Positions 1 to 14,727 of a stretch of DNA of 64,000 nucleotides are shown here, piece after piece. Position 1 is the stretch's first letter, and each line of letters starts with the position of its first letter. The translations under genes were made by a program, and so were the position numbers. The DNA comes from the human T2T-CHM13v2.0 reference genome, Homo sapiens, in the NCBI RefSeq assembly GCF_009914755.1, contig NC_060932.1. One strand, 5' to 3'. The notes below the pieces were generated by a model. It saw nothing but the letters and a program-made list of their open reading frames with translations, did no database searches and was not told where the DNA came from.

Positions 1-217
1 AGTCAGCCCACCCACAGGCTTCCCATGCCAACAGCCTCCAATATGGGCACACCTGAAGCCTTCCCTCCTTTCCACTATGAAGCTTCCCCATTCCTCTGCC
101 TGCCTTTGAGTATCTGCCAAAATGCAAGTGATAGTGACTGACTTCCTTAGCTACAGCAAGCTCAGAATACATAGCCTTTGTTTGTTCTCATTTGGTTGAT
201 CTTCATTTATTTCCACA
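1..217 (+). mobile_element. 3' end of an old ERV LTR (subfamily not assigned)
   Basis: LTR-like R/U5 with a degenerate polyA signal (gaataca) and a ...ttccaca terminus, followed by a purine tract. Confidence 0.5.
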
Positions 218-590
218 GAAGAAAGGAAGAAAGAAAACAAGAAAGAGAAAGAAAAGAAAAAAAAATCTTATGGCTAATTGGTATCTTTGTACTCTGTTTC
301 ATTTTCTACATATCCAATAAATAGTATTAATAATTTCTTGAGGGCATGGATTCTTATGTATGTACATACATATATTTGCATTCCCAGATATTCCTAGCTA
401 AAGGTCATTAATATAGTAGATAATGAATAATACTTTATTAATTATTAATTACACTATGGTGTTTTGTTTCATTTAATAATTCTTTTGACTTACATATCAA
501 AAGAACCTTATATGAATTTAATGCAACATCCATCTCAAATTGGGGAGCTAAATTGCACGAATATAAAATTGCATCTTATAAATGCATAAC

Positions 591-1125
591 TATGGGAGAC
601 CATAATATGCCACCGCAAAATGTTCTTGAGCTGAAAACAATTAAGAAGATGCAGATGCTGGAAGCTCTCTGCCTTCCCTCTAACTACTTAAAATCAGAAT
701 ATAAATTTATTTTCAAAAAAAAAAATTCCTGCCTCCCCTCTACCAGGGAGAATAAATGTTAACAACTTTAGACCCCTATCATGTGGAGATTATACCAGAG
801 GAAGCTACATTAACCAGATTTACTAACCAGCTTTTATCTGCCAGTTATTTGCCTTCCCCCAAGTTCCACCCTCAGAGACTCGAAGTCCTTTTTCTTTTTT
901 CTTGTCATTTCTCTAACCATTTACTGCTCTTTGTTGAAGATGCTGTATAAATAAGCTGAAATTCAAAGTCACCTCTTTGAGAACTTCTCGTTCCCTAGGT
1001 CTCTCCCATGTATATATGAAATATATGTGTTAATTGACTTCTTTTGGGTTTTTTTTCTTGTTAATCTGTCTTTTGTAACAGGAGTCCATTCCAACCAAGA
1101 ATCTATGGGATTATTCTTTCTTTAG
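591..1125 (+). mobile_element. MER34-family solo LTR (ERV1)
   Basis: Start tatgggagaccataatatgccacc resembles the MER34 5' end (TGTGGGAGACCAGAATATGCCACCCCAAAA). The U5 carries ttaatctgtcttttgtaacagga. Confidence 0.65.
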
Positions 1126-1342
1126 CTAATCAGCAACCTTACAAGACTTCTGACTGCTGCTTGTTTCCCTACCACATTATGCTGTTTTTCATACTTAAAA
1201 CAAGTTCTGAATGTACATATAAATTATATTAATGCATGTATCTATCTCTCATATATATGTATCAATAAATTATTTTATAAATTTGGAAAAATTATACTCT
1301 TGTGTATACATTTGATATGGAAAGTAATATAGTGGATAGTAT

Positions 1343-2390
1343 TGTTATGAGGTCTTTGGGGTGTTGCTTTTCTGGCCAGAAACCTCTGTGGCCAATGGTG
1401 CCTTTGTCTGAGTTCTTATCCTTCGTTCAGGAAGAATGAGGTATGCAGACAAGTGGAGAGTGAGCAAGACAAAAAGGAGCTTTATTGAGAGTTACAACAG
1501 CTCAGAGGAGGCCCGCAGTGGGTAGTGGGTAGCTCCTCTCCATAGGCAGGTTGTCCGTTTGAGTGTTCAGCTCTCAGCAGAGAGGAGACCCTGGAGTGGG
1601 GGCCTCCCCTCCAGGCAGGTCATCCTGCAGAGTGTTTAGCTTTCAGAAGAGAGGGTAGCTCCTCTCTGCAGCTGGTCAACCCAACCGTCTGCAGCTTTCA
1701 GCAGAAAGGAAGCCCTGGAGAAGTCTGCTTTTCCCTGGCTGAGTCCTGGGATTTTCTTCCTTCAGAGGGAAGTACATGCTGATTAGTCCATGAGCAAACA
1801 TGAGTGGGCCAAGGATAAAGCACCATGAGTTCCTCCTCTGGTAGGCAGGACTGGAAGCCCAGCCCCCAGGCTTCAGGCCCTCCCTGGCCTGAAGGTGGGG
1901 CTTCACCACGGCAGCCCCCTTCCACCTAGGAGCCAGTCTTCTTCCCACAGCTTCATGGCACCCAGGCTGTTTGTGACAAGGGGAGCCTACAGGCTGCACC
2001 CCCTCGGCTTCTCTCCCATGCTCCCAGGGGTCAAAGTCCGGAGGTGGCAGGAAGCTGGTGTGTCACCACTGCCCTGAGCATGCCCACTACGACAGTACCC
2101 AGGCACAGCCCCAAACTTGCTCCACAATCAGAGCAGGTCCTGGGGACAGGGAAAGGCCCGGCAGTGGGAGCAGGCACTTCTGAGCCTGTGGAGAGCAAGG
2201 GAAACTTCCTGGGCCCCGAGAGCACAGAGATGTCTGGGTCCCCACCTAGGATGGGTGCCTGCAGTTGCAACCAGGGAGCTCCTGCCCAACCAATTCAGAA
2301 GGGGCGGGGCTCCCCCTTGCCTACTCTTGCCAGTTCCTGGAGCATGCAGCCCTGATCATGCCTCTGAGATTGGAGAGGGCACCAACAGCA
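1343..2390 (-). mobile_element. MER52 solo LTR (ERV1), shorter than full length
   Basis: tgttatgaggtctttggggtgttgcttttctggccagaaacctctgtggcc matches the reverse complement of the MER52 3' end. GC-rich body. Flanks are agtat/agtag. Confidence 0.85.
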
Positions 2391-2645
2391 AGTAGAAACC
2401 AGACACTGGGAGCAAGAAAAAGTCTGCAAAATATCCAAATCTATTTAATCTTCTTGAGTCTGTTGCTATTGCAGAAAAGTGACAAGAGGTAAAGGGTGGT
2501 TTTAAGACCACTGTCTTTCTCCTATGATACTGAGATGCTAAGAAGCACTTCCTAAAGTTGGTAGAACAAGAAACAGGAGTTCAGGAATATCATTTATATT
2601 TGTACACATAACTATAAGTAAAATTAAACACTAAAACTAAACCTG

Positions 2646-2790
2646 GTTTTTTTTGGGGTTTTTTTTTTGTGAGACAGGGTCTTGGTCTCACCATTGCCTA
2701 AGCTAGTCTTGGACTCCTGGGCTTAAGGAATCCTCCTGCCTCAGCATCCTGAGAAGCTGAGACTACAGGCATGTACCACCTTACCTAGCT
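2646..2790 (-). mobile_element. Free left Alu monomer (FLAM-like)
   Basis: PolyT followed by a single ~130-bp Alu monomer (gagacagggtct...ctcctgggcttaagg...gactacaggcatg). Confidence 0.8.
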
Positions 2791-3423
2791 ATTGGACATA
2801 TTTTTTAAAATCGGGCAGAGCAAAGAGAAAAAATAGGTAAGAATTCCTATCTGTTACAATAGAGCTGTGTGGTCTAAATTTGGTGCATCCAGAAATGAAG
2901 TTATTATTGTTATTTAAGTTATTTTGATTTAAGGTGACCATCAACTATAGAAGTGAAAACAGAAACAGCCAAAATCAGTAAGGCTAGTAATGGGGGCAGG
3001 AGCAAGAAACTTTAGTTATTAATGTAATTCTATTATATACTGCTTGCTTTAAAATAAAAAGTTCAAGCTTTTCCAATATGATGTATGGTGTAATAGTTTG
3101 GTTTTATGAAATGGTGTGTGGTCTAATTTGAAACTGTATATTATTATAAAAATATTGAATTATAATATTTAATGTTATAAAATTAAGTGATTGTAATATT
3201 TAAATATTTAATTCATATGAATAACACTTTATATAAATTATAATATTAAATATAATGGAGGTAATAAATGGGTAATTATAAAAGTCTGAAATTGAGACAC
3301 CTTTTGTGGATCTTACATGCTGGATTCTTTATAAAGCTTTCTTGCAAACAGAATTGTAAGTTAACAAAACAAGCAAACTGATAACGTGTGCTGAAGTGGT
3401 TTGTGGTAAAAAGTAGTTGATTC

Positions 3424-4286
<863 letters not shown>

Positions 4287-6345
4287 ATTCTATACTTTGA
4301 TTCTATAGTATGAAATGCATCAAAGAAATGAGATGGATTGATGGATAATTAGAAGAAGGACTGGTGGGTAGTATTAAATAAAACAATTAGAATAAAAGAT
4401 TAATTTTAAAACCTAAGTAGAAAGTATGTGTATATTTGCCCTACTGTCTTTTTAATTTCTCTTCTACTTAAAAATTTTCATAAAATGGGATTTTTTTTGA
4501 AAAATTGCAAACAAAACAAAGTCAAGTAAAAAACACATAAAAAACCTCTATGCTTTCCTGTCCTTGCTTTTGATAGATCCTGAGTTTATGTCAGCCATGA
4601 GGTCTCTTTTCAACAGAAGGTTCAAAATCTGTCCTTGTTAGTATGACAAAGAAGAAATTCTAATTCTGAGCAGAGATGTGAGAGGAAGGAAAATTGTGCT
4701 TGCAGACTTGCCTTTCCTGTGGCCAGTTCGATACAGACACTTATGGAAGTGTTCCATTTTAGCAATTTGCCTTAGCAGTTCTTACAATTTGTCTCCAAAA
4801 TTGATTTTAGGACTAAATACTATAAAATTATTGGCCTCGAGAATAAATACTTAATTTTTCTATAAAATGCGAACATACCTATTTGATCTTTATTGTTATT
4901 ATTGTTGTTTTTGTGAGAAACTTTAAAATTTAAGACTTGCCTATGAGAGGATTACCAAGAGACATCTCAGGGTCTCAGGATTGGAGGTGGGAGTGGGGAT
5001 TAACATAAATGAAAAAGTTGGTTTCATCAACAAAAAATAGATTATTCAGAAATGCTGAAGAGCATCACACAGATTCACCTTGTGAATCCCCTCTGGTTTC
5101 AATTCCTGTTCTTCACCATCAATGCTGAGACCTTGCAAAGACCATTTCATCAAGAATAAGTACAACTCCCCCATCTGCTGTCTCTAATATTTCTGAAACA
5201 CTAAATGAGAAGAAAGGAATGAAGGTATTATAATAATTTCCAAGTACTATCTTCCATATTTTAGGTTCTAATATTCAGCGGTTCTTGCTTAGAAGCATAC
5301 TATACCTGCCTAAGAACTTTCTATATCTTTTCTTTTATCCTACTTAATCTGACCATCTATTATTACAAAACAAGAAGAGAAATGCAGGTTCCATGTGTAC
5401 CACAGTTTTATTAAGTTCAGCATTCTTTTCAACCACTGAGCAAGACCACAGTAGAAACTCTAGCAAAACATCTGCATTTTTTCAGGCAATTGGGTTCAGA
5501 GATATTTGGTGTTGCTTTTTTTTTCTCTTTTTTTTTTTAAATAAAAAGTTTCTTACTCATTATGAACTATGTTGTTACTTTTGTTTTGTAACAGATATAA
5601 CGTTAGAAAACATCTTAGAAGCTCTTCACCTTTGCCCTTAGTATTCTCTATTTAGAAATGGAGACATAGAAGTTTTATCTCCTAAGTTAAAAATAACAAC
5701 TTAGGAAATGCAAGGGTGAATTCAGCAGCAAGAACCTGCTAATTGGCAAGTTTGAGTTTGCTTAGGCAGTGTTAAGGGAGAAGATACATATTTTGAGTAA
5801 CATAAGAGAGACTCTTTGCAAACACTTCACTTCACTTCAGATTTTGTGTTGTTAAAGCAGAGTGACTCAGTGTCAGGACTAAAGGATCTTAGAAGCTAAT
5901 AGCTTGCCAGTACCCAAAGCACCCTACAAGCCTGTGTAAATCTCCTCAATTAACCTCCATTTAAAAAAAAATAGATAAGTAAACAAAAGTAATCCACTGA
6001 GCAGAATCTCCAGAGCATTAAGGAAACAAATGCAATACGTCATTTTTCTTTCATAAGAGCAGAGGAGGGAGAGCAAGGGGGAGATGGAGAGGGTTTACAC
6101 ATGAGTGTGGACAGGGGGGTGTCTGAGGGTGTTGAGTCAATAAGTCACATTAACCCACATTGATGACCTTATTTATGATTCAATCATAGACCTAACCAAT
6201 CACACAACTTCATAATCTAAGTCCATCACATCCCTGTTGAAGGTATAATGCCTGGTGTTTACTTTTAATCCTGTTATGGGATAGGTTGGATTGAATATCC
6301 AGGGAGCAAAATTTTCTTGTAGATTTTGTCTTACATTCTAACTAA

Positions 6346-6854
6346 TGAAGCCACCCTCACAAGGTTAATAAGAATTCTGGACAGGAATATAATTATAATT
6401 AAGCAGTCCTTCGACCCACTTCCTTGTAACCAAAAGTCACCTAACACTATTTACTGATCATTTGCATCTCCATTGCTTCTACAGATAGGATTTCTCATGT
6501 TAGGATCATAAGGCTTTGGTTTAAGAGTTGCTTAAGCAGATCCTGACTTCCAGTAGAATAGCTGACACCAACCAATTTGAAGACCCCTTTAGAGAAACCA
6601 AATCAGCATGAGAATTGTGTTTCTTTGTCTCCCTGTCTCACGACTTCAGTATAGCCTCTTGACAAATCAACAATCTCCACACTTTAGTCCATTCCAAAAC
6701 CCTTAAGAACCCTAACTCCAAGCTCCCCCAAGGAGACTGATGTGAGGTTTCCTCCTGTCTCCTCATTCAACAGCCCTATTATTAAATTTCTTTCTCTTCT
6801 GCAACTTGTTACCATGTATTGACTTGCCATGAGCACAAATCTATTACATTTACA
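6346..6854 (+). mobile_element. LTR26-like solo LTR (ERV1)
   Basis: TG...CA termini (tgaagccaccctcacaaggttaataagaattctggacag ... tttaca). Perfect 4-bp TSD ctaa. Confidence 0.8.
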
Positions 6855-6974
6855 CTAAAATCATTTTATTTCACATAGTTTCTCAGATTTTGGTAGCTAG
6901 CAGATGGAAGAAACCAGATTCTCTGAGATTTAATGCATAACTCCAGCACATTTTGAAAGTCCTAACTTTCTGAA

Positions 6975-7300
6975 CAGGAACTCAGGAGACCAGGGTTGTA
7001 CTCTTACCTGTGACTCTTACTATCCCATTTGTCTTGAGTAGGGTTTTTAACCTTCCTAGAGTCTTAGTTCCAACATTGGTAAGATATGAAACTCACTAGT
7101 GGACTACAAAGTTCTATCTTGTACCTTCAGGAAGGGTGTTATAAGGAGCTGGAGGGAAGATGATGGTGATGATGGTGATTGCTAACATTGATCAGTCATT
7201 TGCTACATTTGAGGAACATGTTAAATACTTTCAAATAACATTTTACTTTATTCTCACAAATCCCCTATAATGAGTGATCTAAGATTTATCTTACATTGTG
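6975..7300. mobile_element. Two degenerate MIR fragments
   Basis: MIR-core-like stretches (ttaaccttcctagagtcttagttcc; gctaacattgatcagtcatttgcta...attctcacaaatcccctat). Confidence 0.4.
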
Positions 7301-7749
7301 GGGGGAGAGAGTATATTTCAGCATGTTTACTAATTCTTACAAAGCAAATATTTTTTACCTACCTTCCTCCCCCAAGATCTGTTGAGATGTCAAAAGAGGT
7401 TGGTGTATGTAAAAATTCTTTAGAAATTGTAAAGCAAATGCAAATGTGAATTACTATTTGGATCACCGGTCAGCACTGTCGGCAAAATTTCAGGCAAGTT
7501 ACCTTCCTTTTTCCCTGGTACATTTTAATCTCAATTTCAATCACTCTATAGTCATTTCTATTGTTTAACTATCTTTTTAAGTTTCATTTTTACTTTCATT
7601 TTATTGTAATAGAAATTTAGCCATTGTTTAGCCTACTATTCAAACTTTAGTGTCTTTATTTTCAAAGTATAACTAAATGTCACAGATTATTTTTCATTAT
7701 AATAGTGTTGGTTTTTTAACAATAAAAATAATTATCCTTTCAAGTGGTC

Positions 7750-8140
7750 ATGTTGTGTTCCCATGCATGAGGTGCCCTTAGGGTTAATAGCCATGGAAGG
7801 AATGAATGGGGAATAGAATTGTTTGGGGAAGTTGAACTGCCATGTAGTTTTTGTGGGAGTGCTAGTCAATACTACAGATAATCTGAAGCTGGAATGAAAA
7901 TTCAGAGATATTCCAAGTCACTGTAAGACAGCCAGGTCTTTCTATTCCCACACAGTTCAGTCATTAATGTGGGCAATTCCCCTGGAAGGGATATGACCTC
8001 AGCTCTCTTCAGCAGATGTAAGCCCAAAGGGAGATAACTCCTGATAGCTGGTCTCCTGCAACTTCCCAGCAACTGCCGTCTAGTTTTTCATTCCTGAAGA
8101 GGAATCTTGATGTGTCACATATCACAAGGTATACCACCTA
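7750..8140 (-). mobile_element. LTR33-like ERVL LTR, highly diverged
   Basis: Motifs tctgaagctggaatg...ttcagag, cagtcattaatgtgggc and atgacctcagctctcttcagc resemble reverse LTR33. Confidence 0.5.
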
Positions 8141-8835
8141 GGCTTAGAGAAATACAAAAATTTACTTTGAACAAATCTTTGTTTAAAGAGCAGCCTTTGA
8201 GTAACCCCCTTTGGTTATGTAAATATTAGTTTAGTAGTCACCCAAGCTTAACCTTGGAGGATAAGCAGGAAGACCTTTTGTGACCTAAAGACATCTTTTC
8301 CAAATATATCCTGGTATGCAAAACTGGTCACTGGATAAATTTGCCAAAAGACCATCCTGGAAGAAAAAGATGGAGAATCTGACCTCTTCCCTTTTGAGAT
8401 TTAATTCTGCACCAAATCTCATCTATCTGCAGAAAGCCTCCTAATTGAGATCTGCTGGTAGGAAAGGACCAAGACTGTCCAAGGGGAACTGTAAAGAACA
8501 GAAATGGAAAAGCATCCTGATAACACAGGCTTTTCATGAGAACTGAAAGGTTTTACTGAAGATACTTGGTGCTGATTCCTGTATCTGCTTGAGGTTGGAA
8601 AGTCTCCTGGATCCAGCAACCCTGACATGATAACCTTGCTTTAAGAGCAAAAGCTGAGAATGTGATTAGGAAATACAAATGGTTGCTGCTTAGCAAACTT
8701 CAGTGTGAGGTACCATTGCAGATGGTATCAAGAACTAGAGTAATAAAGGTAACACAGCAGTGAGCAAGAATGCTTAGAACTGGATAAGACTTATTTTCAT
8801 TAGTGACATCTTACAGCCCTGTTCAAAGCAATTCA

Positions 8836-9336
<501 letters not shown>

Positions 9337-10460
9337 TATCAGGGGAACCCACCCCCAATATTTCAACGTAGGTTCTTTCTATTTTCCGTAAGTGTTGGCC
9401 GGCTGAGAAATAAAAAGAAAGAGTACAAAGAGAGGAATTTTACAGCTGGGCAGCCAGGGGTGACATCACATATCAGTAGGACCATGAGGCCCACCTGAGC
9501 CTTAAAGCCAGCAAGTTTTATTAAGGATTTCAAAAGGGCAAGGGGTGCAAGAACAGGGAGTAGGTCACAAAGATCAATGCTTCACAGGGCAAAAAGGAGA
9601 ACAAAGATCACATGCTTCAAAGGGCAAAAAGGAGAACAAAGAACACATGCTTCTGAGGAAACAGGACAAGGGCAAAATCAAAAACTCCTGAGAAGGATCC
9701 AACAAGGTCACAAGGCAAAGGGCAAAGATCACAAGGCAAAGAGCAAAAGCAAAATTACTGATAAGGGTCTATGTTCAGCAGTGCATGTATTTTCTTGATA
9801 AACATCTTAAACAACAGAAAACAGGGTATGAGAGCAGAGAAACAATCTGACCTCAAATTTACCAAGGAGGGGTTTTTCCCTACCCTAGTTAGCCTGAGAG
9901 TACTGCAGGAGACCAGGGCATATTTCAGTCCTTATCTCAACAGCATAAGACAAACACTCCCAGAGTGGCCATTTATAGACCTCCCCCCAGGAATGCATTC
10001 ATTCTCCAGGGTATTAATTATTAATATTCCTTGCTTGGAAAAGAATTTAGCGATATCTTCCCTATTTGCACGTCCTTTTATAGGCTCTCTGCAAGAAGAA
10101 AAATATGGCTCTATTTTGCCCAACTCCACAGGCATTCAGACCTTATGGTTGTCTTCCCTTGTTCCCTGAAAATCGCTGTTATTCTGTTCTTTTTCAAGGT
10201 GCACTGATTTCATATTGTTCAAACACACATGTTTTACAATCAATTTGTACAGTTAACACAATTATCACAGTAGTCCTGAGGTGACATACATCCTAGCTTA
10301 TGAAGATAACAGGATTAAGAGATTAAAGTAAGGCAGGCATAAGAAATTATGAAAGTATTACTTGGGAACTGGTAAATGTCCATGAAATCTTCACAATTTA
10401 TGTTCCTCTGCTGCGGCTCCAGTTGGTCCCTCCATTCAAGGTCCCTGACTTTCCACAACA
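9337..10460 (-). mobile_element. MER11 solo LTR (HERV-K11/HML-8; MER11B/C-like)
   Basis: Termini tatcaggggaacccacccccaat ... gtccctgactttccacaaca. Internal aagatcacatgcttc repeats. Closely similar to the copy at 31565-32654. Confidence 0.92.
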
Positions 10461-10511
10461 TGAAATAAAGCAGAATAGTTTTGTAGAGAGTAGCTAGAGA
10501 ATGCTACCTCA

Positions 10512-10991
10512 TGACAAAGACAGTTTCCATGACCAAACTTCAGTTAGGTTCCTCTGAGCCCTCTTCCCAACAAGGCCTTCATGTTGATCCCCATCCTGAC
10601 AGGGTCTGCATTGTTCAGTCTTAGCAAGAATCCTGTTAAGTCAGTCTAGTAAGAATCCCCCACCCTTGATATCTGATCACTCTTGATGATGTCTGATGGG
10701 ATTCTTCATCGTCTACCCTTGTACTTGGTGACCCTGGCCTGCCTTTATCAAGAATCTCATTGAGTAGGTTTAGCAAGAATCTCCTCTACACTTGATGTCT
10801 CCTCTTAGTAATTTTACACCCCTGATCCTTTCACTGTTCTCATTGGCTGCAAGTCCCCAGCTGTTTTTGCTGTATTTGAAGTTGATTCTGATCTCTCCTC
10901 ACTATTCTAATGGCTTTGACACCTATTACAATGGTCTCGAATAGTCTTCCTCACTCTTTTAACAAGTGTCGGAGTTATCTTTTCTTTAAAA
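10512..10991 (+). mobile_element. MER31 solo LTR (ERV1)
   Basis: tgacaaagacagtttccatgaccaaacttcagttaggttcctctgagccctcttc start, with repeated ttagcaagaatc motifs. Confidence 0.85.
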
Positions 10992-11014
10992 CTTTCCCAA
11001 ATGTCATCTGAAAA

Positions 11015-11437
11015 GCATGTTGCTAAGACAAAGGAAAGTTTATTGTTTATTGCATTAAGAGAGACTACTGCTTCAATGGAATCTGATAGTCTTCCTATCA
11101 GAGGAGGAAGAATAAAGTCTATCTATTGAGATACTAAAGTTTGAGTTAGGGCAGTGGGAATTGGGGAAAAGATTAGTATTGGGCAGGAATCATGATAAAA
11201 TAGTTTAGGATTTGAAGACAGAGCCAAAGGAAGATTTTGAAGCGAGAAGTTCAAGAGTATTAAGATGCAAACTGCCTGTGTTCATTCTTTATTAAAGGGC
11301 TGATTAGTCATTCTGGAAGTTGGAAGTTGTTATAATGAATAATAAAGTTATCTACAATTTATTTTCCAAGAGTCTCCTGGAATTGTGAAGTTATACTAGT
11401 AATGACAACGAAATGATAAAATCATGTTAATGGATAT
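11015..11437 (-). mobile_element. Old reversed LTR-like segment, apparently resuming at ~21481-21515
   Basis: Reversed polyA signal (agtttattg) and an LTR-like body. catgttaatgga.../taatacagacagtaa flank the MER58 and the provirus. Confidence 0.35.
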
Positions 11438-11446
11438 TAGTGGTTG

Positions 11447-12043
11447 TGATACAGGAGTTAAGAAGAAATTACTTAGGCAGATAATAAGGGTATAGGAGTC
11501 ATTGGTAAGGCTCCTCTTTTTAATGAAAAGCAACCTCAAATCATTTTCTGACAAAGAGCAACCTGTAAAGTCAAGCTACAGACATATATAAGCAAGCTGG
11601 GAGCTTGCATGGGTGAATGCAGGCAGGAACTAGGGACTAGACATATTCAAGATGGCAGCTCCATCTTCCCTTCTCTGCCAGCCAAAATGTCCAGTAAGAT
11701 GCAGACAAGATGGCACAGATCAACTTGAAAGCCCATTTGCATAAAATTAGGGTGGGGCTACCAGCCTTCCCCATGCACTATATAAACGTCATACCTGTTT
11801 GAACCAATCTGTAAGCCTCAGACACTAAATCAGACACTGCCTTCTCAAACTTGACTATAAAATCTGGCACATTCGCCACCAACCAGTCCTTTCCTCTCAG
11901 AGACCCCTGTCTCTATAGAGAGAGCTGTTTGTCTTTCTCTTCTATTCTGTCTATGAAACCTCTGCTCCTAAACTCCCATGTGTGTCCATGTCCTAAATTT
12001 TCCTCTTGCATGACAACAAATCCCAGACAATGTAGCTGCTTCA
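11447..12043 (+). mobile_element. 5' LTR (LTR9B-like)
   Basis: TG...CA termini, CCAAT (gaaccaatct) and a TATA-like ctataaaa. Immediately followed by the PBS. Confidence 0.9.
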
Positions 12044-12046
12044 TAA

Positions 12047-12063
12047 TGGGGCTCGTCCGAGAT
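12047..12063 (+). other. Primer-binding site, tRNA-Pro type
   Basis: tggggctcgtccgagat, 3 nt after the LTR, versus canonical PBS-Pro TGGGGGCTCGTCCGGGAT. Confidence 0.9.
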
Positions 12064-12615
12064 AACAAGGTATAATACATATCAAAATAGTGAATAGAGG
12101 AGCAGACTCCAACTAGATCCTTTCATTTTAAGGATCTCAGTCTCCATTTTAGTACCAAATCAAACCAAATACTGTGCCCCCTTCAGCCATTTATTAGAGT
12201 GGCTGTCAGCCTTACAAGACTTGGGGGACAGGCTTACTGGAGAGAACATGGAGAGTCCCCCAGCACCCACTGGTTGCTGGGCATGTTGGCCGTGTTTGAA
12301 CCAGCTTCCTTTCACAGAGGACTTAACCATCATGTGGGGATGAAAGAAGTCCTGGGGCAACAGGATTTCTGGCTGGGGCTACCCCCTGGTGTTATCCAAA
12401 GTCTTCTGGATTTTCTATTGCAATTTCCTCCTTTTCTGTCCGTGAGAGTCATACCTCTTATCCTCTCTGTGTGTGCAATGTTTGGGAAGTTTTACAGTTC
12501 AGGGAAGTAATCTTGTTTGGGAAAATCAGGGAATTTTGTAGTAACCAGGGATATAGCTCAAGGGAAGATGTCTTTTTTATTTTCTAGGAACAGAGGGTCC
12601 CCCACACAGTGAGCA

Positions 12616-12701
12616 TCACTCTCTGCCCTTGGTCTGGAGAGCACATGGCACTTTCAGGTCACTCTCTGACCTTGGTCTGGAGAGCACATGGCATATCAAG
12701 G
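12616..12701 (+). repeat. 2 x 43-bp tandem repeat in the proviral leader
   Basis: tcactctctg(c/a)ccttggtctggagagcacatggca...gg occurs twice with a period of 43. Confidence 0.9.
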
Positions 12702-13466
12702 TCAACAGCGACACCTAGTGGAATAGGGATCCTTTCCATGAGACACATTGTTGGTCTTTTAGTGAAACACCCTAACTTCCCAGTTCTCCCTTTTTGGGCC
12801 CCTCTACTAGAGATAAGGCTTTATGCTGCTTCTGTAAATGGGAAAATTCTGCCTTCAACAATTAGGAGTAAAATATCCTCCAAAGCCAAAATTTAGTCTC
12901 AGTATGGTCCCATCAGTAGGAAAATGGCCATTCAGTCCCTACATTCTTTTAAGGCACCTATTCTGCTTCCAATTAGAATGGTACTTAATTAATAAGGGGA
13001 TTTTAATTTAGGAAGTTAACTGAAACCATTCTCTAAGGGTAAACACTTTTGCACAGGCCGTAATAGAAGGATATAGAGCTCAGATCAGCACACTTTCTCC
13101 ATTAAGGAGGGAAGTACAACAGTTGCCCAAATGCAACAGGCACATAGTCTCCCCTGAGATCCACTTTTCGGGGAGACAGGCAGGTCACACAAGTCTAGGA
13201 AGTCAAAGGGAAGTCACAGGCAGAGGACTAGAGCCACATGGGTGAACATGACTAACCCCAATCTCTTAATTCCTCTGGTTCCATTGCTGGGGATCATGCC
13301 TTCAACCATGGGCAGCACATTCAACAAGGTGCTGGGACCCAGGAACCATGGAGGGAAAAACAGCAGAGGGGACACCTCCACTGTCTTCCTCTCCACCCTG
13401 GGTCACACCAAAAGGAAGGAGACTAAAGGGATGACTTTTTCTCACTTTTGTTTATCATATTTCACC

Positions 13467-14170
13467 TGTACTCCTCTGGAGTGCATTCTGAAGCACAGAG
13501 ACTCCACTGACCCTGAGACTTTGAAGAAAAAGTTGCTCATTTTCTTTTGCACAGGGCCATGGCCTTCTTACTAGACCTTTGCAGGTGTTACAAAATCAAC
13601 CCTCATAGCAATCATATAAGGCAGGCCCAAACAGAATGATTCTCCAAGACTAGAAAAGCAACTTCTGGGGGAACCATCTGAGGCAGCTATTGGATGTCAT
13701 AGCCCTTCTAGTCCCCCTTATCTGGGGCCATCTCCAACCACACCACAAGTTCTTCCACCTCCACCATATCCAAAATTTCCTACTCCTCACCTTCACTTTT
13801 ACTCCTACAAGAAATGCCCAGTGGAGGTAATGCCACTAGGATTCATGTTCCCTTACATTGCAGGACCTTAGGCAAGTAGAGGGAGACTTGGCTGATTTTC
13901 TGAGACCCTGATAGGTATATAGAAGCCTTCCAAAATTTAACTCAGGTATTTAACCTCTCATGGAGGAATGTTATGCTGCTCCTAAGCCAAATCCTAACTA
14001 CAGCTGAGAAGCAGTCAGCTCTGAAAACATCAGAGAATTTCAGAGATGAGAAATAGGTCTCCTATACTAGGCCACAATGGAAAAGGGAAAATAGGGAAGG
14101 TGAAGAAATAGGGGAAACACTAATTCCAATAAGAAGAGGAGCAGTACCTCTTGATGATCCTAATTGGAAC
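13467..14170 (+). pseudogene. gag: Decayed class I ERV gag (matrix and N-terminal capsid), truncated
   Basis: [30 protein letters not shown] (matrix), then frameshifted LQDLRQVEGDL / DPDRYIEAFQNLTQVFNLSWRNVMLLLSQILTTAEKQSAL and AVPLDDPNWN. These resemble HERV-W/ERV9 gag. Confidence 0.88.
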
Positions 14171-14727
14171 CTCCAGACTTTTCTGTGGTGTTTTTTCTTC
14201 TTTTACAGTTTAAAATTGCTCCTATCTCTTTTTTTGTAATATTCCTCAAAACTCTGAAAAGTTAATTTTCCCAAACCTTAAAATGCTTGGCTTAGAGTTG
14301 AGCTGGGGGAAGGGAACCCAGATGCCTGACATGCCGGCAAAAGGGTAAAAGTTTACCAGTTGAGTTTTGGCTTCTCTTTCCCTGTTCAAACTGGTAAAAT
14401 GGATAATAAGCATCATTGTTTATATTCTCTGTAAAGTTTTAATTTGTGAGGTTGGATTTGTGAGGTTGGTCTTAAGCTGTAGCCAATCTGGTGTGCTTCT
14501 TGTGTCTTTCTGTATTTTTCTGTCAAAAGAAAGGATACGTTATGTTAGAATGGAGGCCCAAGACCCCATAAGCCTGTCATTCAAGCCAGCCAAAAAAATG
14601 ATCAGTAATAAACTTTGCTGCAGTTCTCCATTTTGTTTTATGTCCTTGGGAACATGACCTGTAACCACATAGCAATACTTTGTTATAGTCTCCACCATTT
14701 TGCAATGGTGGCTGTCTTCTTGTATTT

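Noticed and set aside
1676-2492. Cluster of overlapping GC-rich ORFs, or a CpG-island promoter
   Set aside because: It lies almost entirely inside the MER52 LTR and is CpG-depleted. Long frames are expected at this GC content.
9560-9770. Short direct repeats resembling a CRISPR-like repeat-spacer array; also the SVA VNTR at 16599-16740
   Set aside because: These are internal repeats of MER11 and SVA without unique spacers, in eukaryotic DNA with no cas genes.
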